From Isurus oxyrinchus (lineage: Eukaryota), in the NCBI GenBank assembly GCA_026770705.1, contig JANJGN010000013.1, forward strand, positions 88,722,001 to 88,786,000: a stretch of DNA of 64,000 nt, in the 5' to 3' direction. Below are positions 1 through 12,274 of this stretch, piece after piece (position 1 is the stretch's first letter; the number at the start of each line of letters is the position of its first letter). The notes beneath the pieces are model-generated. The model made no database searches. It was not told where the DNA came from and saw nothing but the letters and a program-made list of their open reading frames with translations. The translations under genes were made by a program, and so were the position numbers.

Positions 1-1529
1 CAAATTACAACCTATTTTTTTAAAAATCCGTAGTTCAGCTTTACAAAGAAATTTCGCTTTCTTTCCTTTTGGGGGTTGTTCTGATATTGGGCAGATGTGT
101 AAGCGTGACCGCCAGACTTGTTAAGTTATCCGAATTTTGGAAAAACATGTTGCCTGGACTATGACTGGACACCGCGCAGCGCCTGATAACGACATCACTT
201 GTAATTTAACCAACTCTCACAGGGTTTTGTTGTGTGCGCGCCGAGCTGGAACATACAGCTGTTGTTTCCGGGATTAGAAAGGTTTAATGTGGAGCACAGA
301 TGGATCCAGCACTATTGTCCAGAGCATTTCAAGGCAGAGGCTAAATCTGAAGGATGAATAGCGAGAGCTGATTGAAAAATCCCCTTGTTTAGTAAACTCT
401 GCGGATTGACATTGTCCAATGTTGGATAAGTGAAAATGGGGCTGTAGCATTACTTGACATGTCATAGTTATTGTGGGAACACGACAGGCTGGGACAAGGC
501 TTGCAGCTGTTCCAGTGTTTTCGACCAAACCATTAAAGGCTTAAACAAACCCATTATTATGATTTCCTCTGCTCCTACAACTGTTCTTGTGATAAGATGC
601 AACAAGCCTACAGCAGCCGCAGACCATCTCTAAGGTGTAGGTGGAAACTAAACTGGCTGGACAAGCTGTTCCACAGAATACTTCACTCCGGTAACATCGT
701 AAAGCAGAAAACACAGCTAATTGTCTGTTCCAGTGAGCCAGGAATGACATCTTCTCTCACTGCAGACCGTGCATTCCTGCATTGCACCATTTAACGTGAC
801 GTAACTCCTCTGGATGGAGTTATTATCTAACTGTAATTGTTTTTAAAAAAACTGCAAGGGGAAGTGGCTAATTACTTAATTATAAATTACATATTGAAAT
901 TGATATACACTCAGGTACTACAGAATTAGCGGAGTACACTGACAACAATGATGATGGAAGGTTGCAGCTTCTACTACAGGACACGGTGTTAACCCTTAGG
1001 CACCTACACACAAGATTGTCAAATGAACTTTCAGATTTCCACTGGGCTAAAGGTTAAAGCTATCATTTTTCTCAGATGTAGATGAGGTGTGACATGTTTA
1101 CTCAATAAATGTTCTCAAATATTTCCAGCGCGTTTTATTAACATGTACCTCAGGTACTGATCCATACGCTGGTCATGTGCAGGCCAGTCAGATATGGCAA
1201 ATGTCAGATCTTTCCCTGTTTTTGTCTCGAAGCCTATAGTGTGCTTGTCTTTTAATGCTAGCATTAAATCTTAGTAAAAAAAAATATTATATTCGCCACA
1301 TCCACATCCTTTAGCTTTCACCTCATAATCTCCTATAGTTAATAGTGAGAGAATTCTGCAGATGGATTTACCTTCCAACCAACATCCATATCAATTCATG
1401 ACTCCACACCAAGATAGAAAGTCCTGTTGAGCATTTTGTGCAAGGAAGGTTTTAAAAAAAAACAAAATTGAATAACCTTACATTTTATAACTGTACCTTT
1501 CTTACCTCCAAACTCAACTGTGCTGTCCT

Positions 1530-2595
1530 GATCAGCCACCCATCTTCTATAAACTTAAGCTCATTCAAAACTCTGCCTTCTGTATCCTAGCCCACTCCAA
1601 GTTCTGCTCAATCCATCACCCCTATGCTTGCCATTCAATTTTTCATTCTTTCATGGGATGGGTGGCAAGGTCAGCATTTGTGGCCCATCCCTTTGAGAAG
1701 GTGGTGGTGAGCTGCCTTCTTGAACCACTGCAATCCATGTGGTGTAGGTACACCCACAGTGCTGTTAGGGAGGGAGTTCCATGATTTTGTCCCAGCAACA
1801 GTGAGGAACAGCGATATATTTCCAAGTCAGGATGGTGTGTGGCTTGGAGGGGAATTTGCAGATGGTAATGTTGCCATGCATCTACTGCCCTTGTCCTTCC
1901 AGGTGGTAGAGTTTGAGGATTTGAAAGGTACAGCTGAAGGAAGTTTGCTGTATTGCAACTTATAGACGGTGCACACAGCTGCACTGTGTGCCGGTGTAGG
2001 AGCAAGTGAATGTTTAAGGCAGTGGGTGGGGTGCCAGACAAGCGGGCTGCTTTGTCCTGGATGGTGTCAAATTTCTTGAGTGTTGTGGGAGCTGCATTCA
2101 TCCAGGCAAGTGGAGAGTATTCCTTCACACTCCTGACTTGTACCTTGTGGATGGTGGACAGGAGTCACCTTAGCTCTAAGTTAAACAATGCTTCAATTTT
2201 AAAATTCTCATCCTTATTTTCAAATCCCTCCATGACCTTGCCCCTCCCTAATTTTGTAACCTTCTACAGCTCACAAACCTCTGAGATATTTGCATTCCTC
2301 CAATTCTGGCCTCTTGTGCATCCTCAATTTTAATCATTCCTCCATTGGTGGCTGTGATTCCAGCTGCCTTGGCCCAAAGCTCTGGAAATCCCTCCCTAAA
2401 CGTCTCCACCTCTCAACTTCTTTCCCTTTTAAGTCAGTTTTTAAAACCTACCTCTTTGTCCAAGCTTTTGGTCACCTGTGCTCATCTTTAAATGTGACTT
2501 GGTATCAATTCTTGTATCATGATGCTCCTATGAGGCACTTTGGAGATATTTTAGTGCATTAATGGTGATATATCAATGCATGTTATTATGTTTTA
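1530..2595 (+). mobile_element. L2-like LINE 3' fragment, interrupted by another LINE at about 1643-2162
   Basis: Reads KLKLIQNSA..IL and resumes after the insert with ttttaaaattctcatcctt and the ctctggaaatccctccctaaa tail. The same tail recurs near 21030, 26200 and 49390. Confidence 0.7.
1643..2162 (-). mobile_element. LINE (CR1/L2 clade) 3' fragment, family with the cacatcccatgaatgaataaaaa tail
   Basis: ORF 1643-2128 reads EYSPLAWMNAAPTTLKKFDTIQDKAARL (post-RT region). The same peptide recurs at 12722, 37009 and about 63410. Confidence 0.85.
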
Positions 2596-2894
2596 TAAGC
2601 TTAGTGTAATATTGCAAGAAAAACTAGGTAGTCAAGATGATAATGAGTTTGTCTTACTGCTGTTTCCTCAAAGATTTGAAATAAGCAATTCAATGGTTAT
2701 CAGCGCATTAGTCAACACCTCACATTCAGTGTGTTTTGAGGTCTTTTCCTGACTATGATCAGTCAAGAAATAAATCAGAATGTCGGATGCCTAAAAAGCA
2801 GTCAAGTTTTTTCAGTAAAAGTAACACAAGGCAAAAATGCTCCAGAAACGGCAAACTTAAAAGAAAAGGCAGAATGCATATGAATTAAAGAATA

Positions 2895-3335
2895 ATTGCA
2901 TTTATATAAGGTTTTTCATGATAAGGACATTCCAAAGCATTTAATAGCCAGTGAAGTACTTTTAAAATGCGGTTACTGTTGTAGGAAATGTGGCAGCCAA
3001 TTTGCACACAGCAACTCCCTCAAACAGCAGTGTGATAATGACCAGATAATTAGTTTTAGTGATGCTGATTGAGGGATAGATATTGGCCAGGACACCATGG
3101 ATAATTCCTCTTCTCTTCAAAATGCTGCCATTGGATCTTCTGTATCCACTGGAGAGGGCAAATGTGTGCTCATTTTAACATCTCATCAGAAGGACAGTGC
3201 CTCCAACAATGCAGCACGCCCTCAGTACTGCACTGGAGTGACAGTCTTGGTTTTTGTAATCAGGTCCTGGGAAGTAACTTGAACCCACAACTTTGTGACT
3301 CAGAGGTGAGAGTACTAGCACTGAGCTACAGTTCT
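2895..3335 (-). mobile_element. tRNA-derived Deu-domain SINE (SacSINE1-like)
   Basis: Reverse complement of a tRNA-like A/B-box head at the right end, plus the central gcagccaatttgcacacagcaa...cagataat domain. More than 10 related copies in the window. Confidence 0.75.
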
Positions 3336-3375
3336 GTTTAAGTCAGGTAAGTTGCACAGGGTAATATGGGTAATA

Positions 3376-5056
3376 TGGCATATTCAAAATAAGGAGATGG
3401 CAGATGAATTGAACAGGTATTTTGCATCGGTTTTCACTACAGAGTATATGAGTAACATCCCAGAAATTCCAGTAAATCAGGAAATGGAAGGGAGGGAGGG
3501 ACTCGGGAAAATTGCAATCACCAGAGTGGTATTGAATAAATTGTTGGAGCTGTCGGCTGACAAATCCTCAGGTCCTGATGGACTTCATCCTAGGGTCTTG
3601 AAAGAAATGGCTAGTGAAATATTTGATGCATTGGTTTTAATTTTCCACACATCCCTAGATTTGGGAAGGTTCAATCAGATTGGAAAATAGCAAATGTAAC
3701 TCCTTTATTCAAAAAGGGAGGGAGACAGAAAGCAGGAAACTACAGGCCAGTTAGCCTAACATCTGTATAGGGAAAATGTTGGAAGCTTTTATTAAAGATG
3801 TTATGGCAGAGCACTTGGAAAAGTTTAAGGCAATCAGGAAGAATCAACATGATTTTGTGAAAAGGAAATCATGTTTAACCAATTTATTGAGGTTCTTTGA
3901 AGGAGTCACGTGCTGTGGATAAAGGGGAAGCAGTGGATGTACGGTACTTAGATTTGCAAAGACATTTGATAAGGAGTCTCATCAAAGGTTATTGCAGAAA
4001 ATAAAAGTTCATGGTGTAGGGGATAACTTATTGGCATGGATAGAAGATTGGCTAGCTAACAGGAAATAGACATTAGCCATAAATGGATCCTTTTTGGATT
4101 GCGGGATGTAACGAGTGGTGTACCACAGGGATCAGTGCTGGGGCCTCAACTTTTTTCAATTTGTATAAATGACTTACATGAAGGGACTGATGGGATGGTT
4201 GCTAAATTTGCTGACAACAAAAAGATAGGCAGGAAAGTAAATTGTAAAGAGAACTTAAGGAGGCTACAAAGTGACTTAGTTAAGTTAGTGGGCAAAGATC
4301 TGGCATATTATCTAAATGGTGAGAGATTGCAGAGCTCAGATTCAGAGGGATTTTGGTATCCTAGTGTATGAATCACAAAAGGTTAGTATACAGGTACAAC
4401 AAGTAATTAGGGAAGTTAATAGAATGCTATTGTTTATTGTGAGGTGAATTGAATACAAAAGTAGGGAGGTTATGCTTCAGTTGTACAGGGCACTGCTGAG
4501 ACTACATCTGGAGTGCTGTATACAGTATTAGTCTCCTTATGTAAGGAAAGATGTAAATGCGTTGGAAGCAGTTCGGAGAAGGTTTAGTCGACTAATACAA
4601 GGAGTAGGTGAATTGTCTTATGAGGAAAGGTTAGACAGGTTAGGCTTGTATCCACTGGAGTTTAGAAGAGTAAGAGGTGACTTGATCAAAACCTTTTAAG
4701 ATCCTGAGGGGTCTTGACAGGGTCAATGTGGAAAGGATGTTTCCTTTTTTGGGAGAATCGAGAACTAGGGGTCACAGGTTAAAAATAAGGGGTCACTCAT
4801 TTAAGGCAGAGATGAGGAGAGTTTTTTTCTCTCAGAGAGTCATGAGTCTTTAGAATTCTCTTCCTCAAAAGTCAGTGGATGCAGAGTTTTCAAATATTTT
4901 TAAGGCAGAGCTAGATAGATTCTTGATTAACAAGGGGGTGAAAGGTTATCAGGGATAGGTGGGAGGTTACAATCAGATCAGCCATGATCTTATTGAATGG
5001 CAGAGCAGGCTTGAAAGGCTGAGTGGCCTACTCCTGCTCCAAGCTCGTATGTTTGT
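3376..5056 (+). mobile_element. CR1 LINE, 5'-truncated, decayed ORF2 (reverse transcriptase)
   Basis: GPDGLHPRVLKE and SGVPQGSVLGPQLFSICINDL...KFADN RT motifs with stops and frameshifts; typical 3' tail atcagccatgatcttattgaatggcagagcaggc. Confidence 0.92.
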
Positions 5057-5235
5057 ATTATTTCTACTGTTGCATCCCTGCTAAGCGAAAACTAATAAAA
5101 GAGAAAGACTTGCATATATATAATATTTTTACCGACCACCAGACATCTCAAAGTGCTTTACAACCAATGAAGTACTTTTGAAGCCACTGTTGTAATGTAG
5201 GAATGCTATCAGGCAGGTAATACATAGGGATGTAG

Positions 5236-5662
5236 AAACATAGGACTTAGGAGCAGCAGTAGGAGTAGGCCATTCGGCTCCTCAAGTCTGCTCTGCCATT
5301 CAGTAAGATCATAGCTGATCTAGTTGTGGTCTTAACTCCACTTTCCTGTCCTACCCCATAACCCTTGATTCCCTTGATTATCAAAAATCTGTCCAACTCA
5401 GCCGTGAATAAATTCAATGATCCAGCCTCCACTGCTTTCTGGGGATGAGGATTCCACATAGAAACAACCGTATGAGGGAAAAACATTCTCCTTATCTACA
5501 TCTTAAAAGGGAGACCTCTTATTTGTAAACTGTGTCCCCTAATTCTAGACTGCCCCACAAGTGGAAACATCTTCCCAGTATCAAATCTATCAAGTCCCCT
5601 CAGGATCTTATATGTTTCAATCAGGTCACCTCCCATTCTTCTAAACTCCAATGGCTATAGGA
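5236..5662 (-). mobile_element. CR1 LINE 3' end
   Basis: Reverse complement of the 4650-5056 tail; peptide VVSMWNPHPQKAVEAGSLNLFTAELDRFL. Confidence 0.85.
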
Positions 5663-7036
5663 CCAAAATACGGGGCAGTGGGAGACAATTCCCTTAAAAG
5701 AAAGATGTTCACAGACTTACTGAAGCACCCAGTACCAAGAAGGTATCCATCTAAATCTGTAGCAATAATGTTCCATTGAGTAGCCCAGCTGAATACTGAC
5801 CTGTACAAGCAAGTGGGCTACAATGGTTTATCAGAATATAAGCTCATCGCCTACTCATTGACACACAGGTACTCAGTTACTCAACAAAATAACAGGTGAT
5901 TCAGTAATTAAATCTTGAAGGGATCTTTTTTACATTTATTATTTTTCTTGATAAAAATTTGTTGACCTTATTCCATTATTTCATCCACTGTACCTTGCCT
6001 ACCACCTCCCATCACGCACCACCCCCCCCCCCCCACCCCCCTCCACCGCCATTCCACAGGCCACACCCCAGCTAAACAATTAGTAATGAGGCCTTTGATA
6101 ATCCCCTGTTAACTAACTGATTCCACAAAGGAACACGGAAGGATCTCATTCCCCACCATCTCACTGATACAGCATGTAGAAGCACTGCTTTTTATAGCAG
6201 AGATACGTTTTGATCAAGGGGTTTAGCCAGTGCTGCAACAAATCAAATCGAGATCCCGCCTGCTGCAAAGCCTCTTGTCCCAGCTGCCAATGTTTTGAGC
6301 AAAGTTCGGCAGCAAACCCCATTCCTTAACTTACACATTTTATTCGCTAAAGTCAAATGACCTTGGGTGGTATAATCTGACAACTTGTCTAGTCGAAAAG
6401 AGAATTTTCCTGGTGGGTCTGTTAGCAAATGCTTCTCTGAGATGCTCTACTCCCTGTTGAGCATGTAGTCAGGTTCAAGTGCTGACTTGTGTTACATTGT
6501 AATCTCTGTATTGACAGGTTATGTTTTTTCTTTATTAGCCCTTAAGGCAGACTCGCACTTGCAAAGGGATGGGAATGTTGAATTCATCTGAGAACTTTCT
6601 AGTCATTTTCAATAACATCACTTTTTTTCTGTAATTTTTTTTTCTTGGCAGCGCAGTCCCTGGTAGGAACCATCTGTCACTCTGTTTTCAATGCGTTGTT
6701 CTGAGTCTTCATGCTTGGCAAAGTCACTTTTATCTCCAGAACCTTTAGAAGTTCTGGGGCTTCCTGCCGATCCCGCCTGTGTAAAATATTCTGCACAGCT
6801 GTTTGTTTTATTTTATTTGAGATTATCCATAATCCAAATATAGTCTGTGCGCCTCTGCTTAAAAGACAACACAGTTGAGCTTTGTGAAGAGGTAATGGAG
6901 ACTGAAGGGTAGAAAGAATAATTTTTCTTCACAAGGTCCAGCATCTGATTTTTATCTAATCTGTATTCAATAGAACAATCTAATGTGATCCCCACTCATA
7001 ACTGACAAAAAAGGCCAAACATTCACAAACTGATTA

Positions 7037-7400
7037 CATAGAATTTACAGCACAGAAACAGGCCATTCAGCCCAACCAGCTCATATGGATATTTATGCTC
7101 CAAATGAGCCACATCTCACCTCATTTCACCTCATTGTATTAGCATATCCTTCTATTCCTTTCTCCCTCATGTGTTCATCTAACTTCCCCATGAATACATC
7201 TATGCTATTCACTTCAACTACTTCTTATGGTACTAAGTTCGACATTCTAACCACTCTCTGTATAAAGAAGTTGCTTCGGAATTCTCTATTGAATTTATGA
7301 GTAGCTGTTTTATTTTTACAGCTCCTAGTTTTGGTTTCCTCTACAAATGGAAACAAAGTCTCAATTGAACCCTTTCATAATCTTAAAGACCTCTTTAAGA
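7037..7400 (-). mobile_element. CR1-like LINE 3' end (second family)
   Basis: catagaatttacagcacagaaacaggccattcagccc tail followed by the CR1 ORF2 terminus on the minus strand. Confidence 0.65.
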
Positions 7401-8385
7401 TTCTGGTAAATAGAGACAGTGCCAGGAATGAGAAATTGTTCTGTTTGTTGCACTGAACGAGCATGCCTAGGTCAGATATCATTTAACAAGGCAAACATGG
7501 CTCCACCTACACGGGCTCAATAATAGAGCTTAACCCAACCTTCGGATAATTGCCTTCCACTCTCCCACACTAACGTGTCATTTACATTCTGAACATTCCC
7601 ATCACTATAAATAATAATTTTTTTCAGAAAGACTGAAGATAGGTGAGGACGCATTTATATAATAGGGATATTGTCTGTGGATGGGAGGCTTGATTTTAGT
7701 GGTAGTACTGAAGGCATATTTTTGTGCATTCAAAATATGCATTTAACTACAATTTTATATTATTAGTGAGGAGTGGCAGTGAATGTAAAAAAAATACTGG
7801 TTTCGATCATGAAAAATCCAACATGAACAAACAATCGCTTGAATCATTTAGCTAAGATTTACTGACCAGGGTAAAGGAGACAGGAGATTTGAAGTTCTCC
7901 AGGATCCTTCCAGACCATAATCAAAGTCTTGGGGGTTTTTTTTTGCGGAGTTATGCAGAAGAACAGAAATAATTTTAGCAGAGGATTTGTAGAAACTCTA
8001 GAAAAATTGATCAAATTCAACTCTGCTGGTCCTTTCTTCCAGGCAACAACTACCAGAAGAATGGAAGGAATATAGTGTGGTCAAGTCACAACTAAAAGAA
8101 GCAGGCAATTAGCAGCACTTTAAGTTACAGCACAGAGCTTTCACTTCCGGACACTGGGTTCAAAACAGCTTATGTCTATGAGATTCTGCTTGGTTTAGCG
8201 ATCTGATGTGAAATGAGTTTATACAGTCACGGTCCAATTCCTAATTGGTATGACCCCACAGCACACTATTTGTCACCAATTTGGCTGCATCACTGAAAAG
8301 CATTTCGAATTGCCAGTGTGTGAAGTGGTCATTTTTGCACATGGTACAGCAGGGTTTAAGTATATTGCCAAGCTTGTTCAGAAGG

Positions 8386-8535
8386 AATAAAAGCAGAAGA
8401 TGCTGGAAATACTCAGCAAGTCAGGTAGTGCCTGTGGAGAGAGAAACAGAGTTAAACAGCTGTCTGAACTGTTGAGTACTTCCAGCATTTTCTGTTTTCA
8501 TTTCAGATTTCCAACATCTGCAGCATTTTGCTTTA
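8386..8535. mobile_element. Old, diverged fold-back element related to the Penelope-type hairpins
   Basis: atgctggaaatactcagca ... tgttgagtacttccagcat are inverted arms and share motifs with the 13718 and 58603 elements. Confidence 0.65.
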
Positions 8536-8947
8536 GTTTAGAAGGAACTTTGTTCTGCATGTAAACATGCTGTATCTAAACTTTTTGAATGTCATATTGG
8601 GTGCATAAAATGGAAAGTGCTCTATTTCTTACAAATAGGTTGCCAAAACTTGATGACAACAAAATTAGCTAAACCCCACTTGCTAAAAATAATGACTGTA
8701 ATCATTGCCACACTGCCTAGAAAATATTACATTCAGGTATCTGGGATTGAACACAAGCTTTACCATTTTGTTTTTGACCTATTTGGCTCTGAGTCTTGCT
8801 GGATGCCATAATACTTTTCAATATCTTTCTGTGACAATTGAGCTCTAAGAGACCACTTATGAAGTAACTTTGTACATCCTGTTAGCTGTGCACATCAATA
8901 CCCATTCCCCCTTGACAGGGCTTCTGGAACTAGGATGTTTTAGCTCC

Positions 8948-9430
8948 ACAATCTGGAGTACTGTGTACATTATTGGTCTCCTTATTTAGGGAAGGATATA
9001 AATGCGCTGCAATCAGTTCAGAGAAGGTTTACCAGACTAATACCTGGAACAGGAATGTTGTCTTATGAGGAAAGGTTGGACAGACTAGGTTTGTATCTGG
9101 TGGAGATTAGAAGAGTAGGAGGTGACTTGATTGACACATAAATGATCCTGAGGGGTCTTGACAGGGTGGATGTGGAAAGGATGTTTCTTGTTGTGGGAGA
9201 ATCTCGAGCTAGGCATTACTGTTTAAAAATAAGAGGGCACGGAGAGTTGTGAGTCTTTGGAATTCTCTTCCTCAAAAGGTGGTGGAAGCAGACTCTTTGA
9301 ATATTTTTAAGGCAGAGCCAGATAGATTCTTGATAAGCAAGGGGGCGAAAGGTTATCGGGGTTAAGTGAGAATATGGACTTGGGGTTACAATCAGAACAG
9401 CCATGATCTTATGGAATGGTGGAGCAGGCT
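8948..9430 (+). mobile_element. CR1 LINE 3' fragment with its tail cut off at a chimeric junction
   Basis: Collinear with 4500-5010; ends abruptly at ggagcaggct (9430). Confidence 0.85.
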
Positions 9431-9684
9431 GCAGCGGTTCAAGAAGGCGGCTCACCACCACCTTCTCAAGGGCAATTAGGGTTGGGCAATAAATGCTGGC
9501 CTAGCCAGTGATGCCCACATCCCATGAATGAATAAAAAAAGTGGTAGGTGTTAAGGAAAGCAAGGTAGAAAGGCTGTGAGGTTTAGGGAGGAAATTTCAG
9601 AACTTAGGGCATAGGTGGCTGAAGCTGCGTCTGCTAGTGTCACGCAAAGAGACTCAGATTACACAGCATTCTTTTGGATTTTAT
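9429..9684 (+). repeat. Local two-part duplication: 9429-9639 copies 13115-13312, and 9637-9684 copies 11416-11463
   Basis: Direct comparison. The copy includes the LINE-tail/flank junction aataaaaaaagtggtaggtgttaaggaaagcaaggtagaaaggc and the unique sequence gcaaagagactcagattacacagcattcttttggattttat. Confidence 0.9.
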
Positions 9685-9699
9685 GTTTGTATGTACAAT

Positions 9700-10095
9700 A
9701 ACACTTGTCTCTGAGTCAGGACTTCATGAGCTCATGCCTCACTTGATAAACAGCACTCCAGCGTAGTACTGCAGGGGCACTGAACTGTCAAAGGTGTGAT
9801 CTTTTAGATGAGATGTAAACTGAGGCCCCATCTACCCTCACAGGTGGATGTAAAAGATTTCATGGTACTCTTTGAAGAAGAGCAAGGGAGTTCTCCCTGA
9901 TGTTCTGGCTGCATCCAACATGAATAATACAAATTATATGAATTATCTCATTGCTGTTTGTGGTAATTTGCTGTGTGCATTTTTAATTCCCGAGATTCCC
10001 TACAATGACTACATTTCAAAAGCGGTTACTCGGCTGTGAAGTGCATTTAATGAGCTGAAGTCGTGAAAGGTGCTATACAAATACAAGGACTTTCA
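9700..10095 (+). mobile_element. Deu-domain SINE
   Basis: ctctgagtcagg head remnant, central domain and gtgaaaggtgctatacaaatacaag tail. Confidence 0.7.
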
Positions 10096-10158
10096 AAATC
10101 ATATTTATTTCCTTGTTGTTTTATAACAAAAGAGTCAATGTCATAGCATGAGTCTCGA

Positions 10159-10745
10159 GTCACAGATAGACCAGGCTAGGTCAGGATGGCAGGTTTACAT
10201 CTCTGGGGTCACAGATAGACCAGGCTAGGTCAGGATGGCAGGTTTACATCCCTGGGGTCACAGATAGACCAGACTAGGTCAGGATGGCAGGTTTACATCC
10301 CTGGGGTCACAGCTAGACCAGGCTAGGTCAGGATGGCAGGTTTACATCTCTGGGGTCACAGATAGACCAGGCTAGGTCAGGATGGCAGGTTTAGATCCCT
10401 GGGGTCACAGATAGACCAGGCTAGGTCAGGATGGCAGGTTTACATCCCTGGGGTCACAGATAGACCAGGCTAGGTCAGGATGGCAGGTTTACATCCCTGG
10501 GGTCACAGAAAGACCAGGCTAGGTCAGGATGGCAGGTTTACATCCCTGGGGTCACAGCTAGACCAGGCTAGGTCAGGATGGCAGGTTTACATCCCTGGGG
10601 TCACAGCTAGACCAGGCTAGGTCAGGATGGCAGGTTTACATCCCTGGGGTCACAGAAAGACCAGGCTAGGTCAGGATGGCAGGTTTAGATCCCTGGGGTC
10701 ACAGCTAGACCAGGCTAGGTCAGGATGGCAGGTTTACATCCCTGG
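10159..10745 (+). repeat. 49-bp minisatellite, about 12 near-identical units (gtcacagatagaccaggctaggtcaggatggcaggtttacatccctggg)
   Basis: Period of 49 (gtcacag at 10159, 10208 and onward); units differ only at single positions. Confidence 0.97.
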
Positions 10746-10981
10746 AGGATACGAGTGACCCTGCTGGGTGTTTAACAAAAGGTCCACCAGCTTTCACAGT
10801 CATTTTTATTAATGTCAAGTTTAATGGTAGGATTTGCACTCAACGCTCTTGGGCTCCTATTTGCAATACCATAGCCATAAAGCAAGCACATCAACTTCAC
10901 CACACATGGGAAAACCTGACCACAATGTCACTTCTATTTTTTAGATAAGTCAATTCTATTCAGACTGAAGCTTTTTTTTGA

Positions 10982-11230
<249 letters not shown>

Positions 11231-11825
11231 TAGTTAAAGTCTGTCAGCAAGACAGGCTGGATGATCTTCAGCTAAATAAGACTGGGATGATGAAGTAATC
11301 TAACTTAACAGTGATGTTCTGCTGGGGTGTGAAATGATGGCAACTTATCCTTTAGGCAAGCGTGTAGAAAAACCCATTTGTTATTTATTAGCTGCAAATT
11401 TGAAACACGGAACTTGTGTCATGCAAAGAGACTCAGATTACACAGCATTCTTTTGGATTTTATTTAACTGATAATGTAAACGACAGTTATTTTTTTATGA
11501 TGATGTGATAAGATAATCATTAATAAGTACTTGATGATCTGTATCTTAGCAAATTCTGACTGACTGACCCTTAACTATCACTAATAAATGTACAGTAATA
11601 AATTAAATGTACAGTAATAAATTTAAGTTTAGATGACATTTATTTATTTGTAATATTAATTAAGATAATCTGAAATTTAAGACCTGTAGTTAGTAACTCA
11701 GCAACCAGTGAAATATTTTTTACTGATTTAACCCAGGATAAGTTCTCATAATTTTGAACACTTTTATCATTTCTCTTAACCTTTTAAACCCTTATGAAAA
11801 TAAGCCATTTCTTTAGCTTCTCCTC

Positions 11826-12270
11826 AATTTTTTATTCATTCATGGGATGTGAGCATCACCAGCAAGGTCATTATTTATTGCCCTTGAGAAAGTGGTGGTG
11901 AGCCGCCTTCTTGAACTTCTGCACTTTGTTTGGTGTTGGTACACCCACAGTGCTGTTAGGAAGAGAGTTCCAGGATTTTGACCCAGCGACAATCAAGGAA
12001 TTGTGATATAGTTCCAAGTCAAGACACCGTCTACCTTTGAGAGGAACTTAGCGGTCATTATAGGAGGAGTTCTGAATGGCACTGAACATTGTCCAATCAT
12101 CAGCGAATGCCATCTCCAAACATCCCTACTCCTGACCTTATGATGGAAGGATGTTCATTGACGGAACAACTGAAGGTGGATGGACCTAGAACACCAGCCT
12201 GAGGAGCTCCTGCCACAGTGTCTTAGGATTGAGATGATTGTCCTCCAACAGCCACCTTCCTTTGTGCTGG
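11826..12270 (-). mobile_element. LINE copy with internal deletion (same family as 1643-2162)
   Basis: 3' tail reverse complement at 11826-12050, then an RT-core segment at about 12066-12268. Confidence 0.75.
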
Positions 12271-12274
12271 CTCA

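Noticed and set aside
10159-10745. CRISPR-like array
   Set aside because: Units are contiguous with no unique spacers and the context is a vertebrate intron; it is a minisatellite.
11585-11622. 19-bp tandem duplication (taaatgtacagtaataaat x2)
   Set aside because: An ordinary slippage duplication in AT-rich intron.
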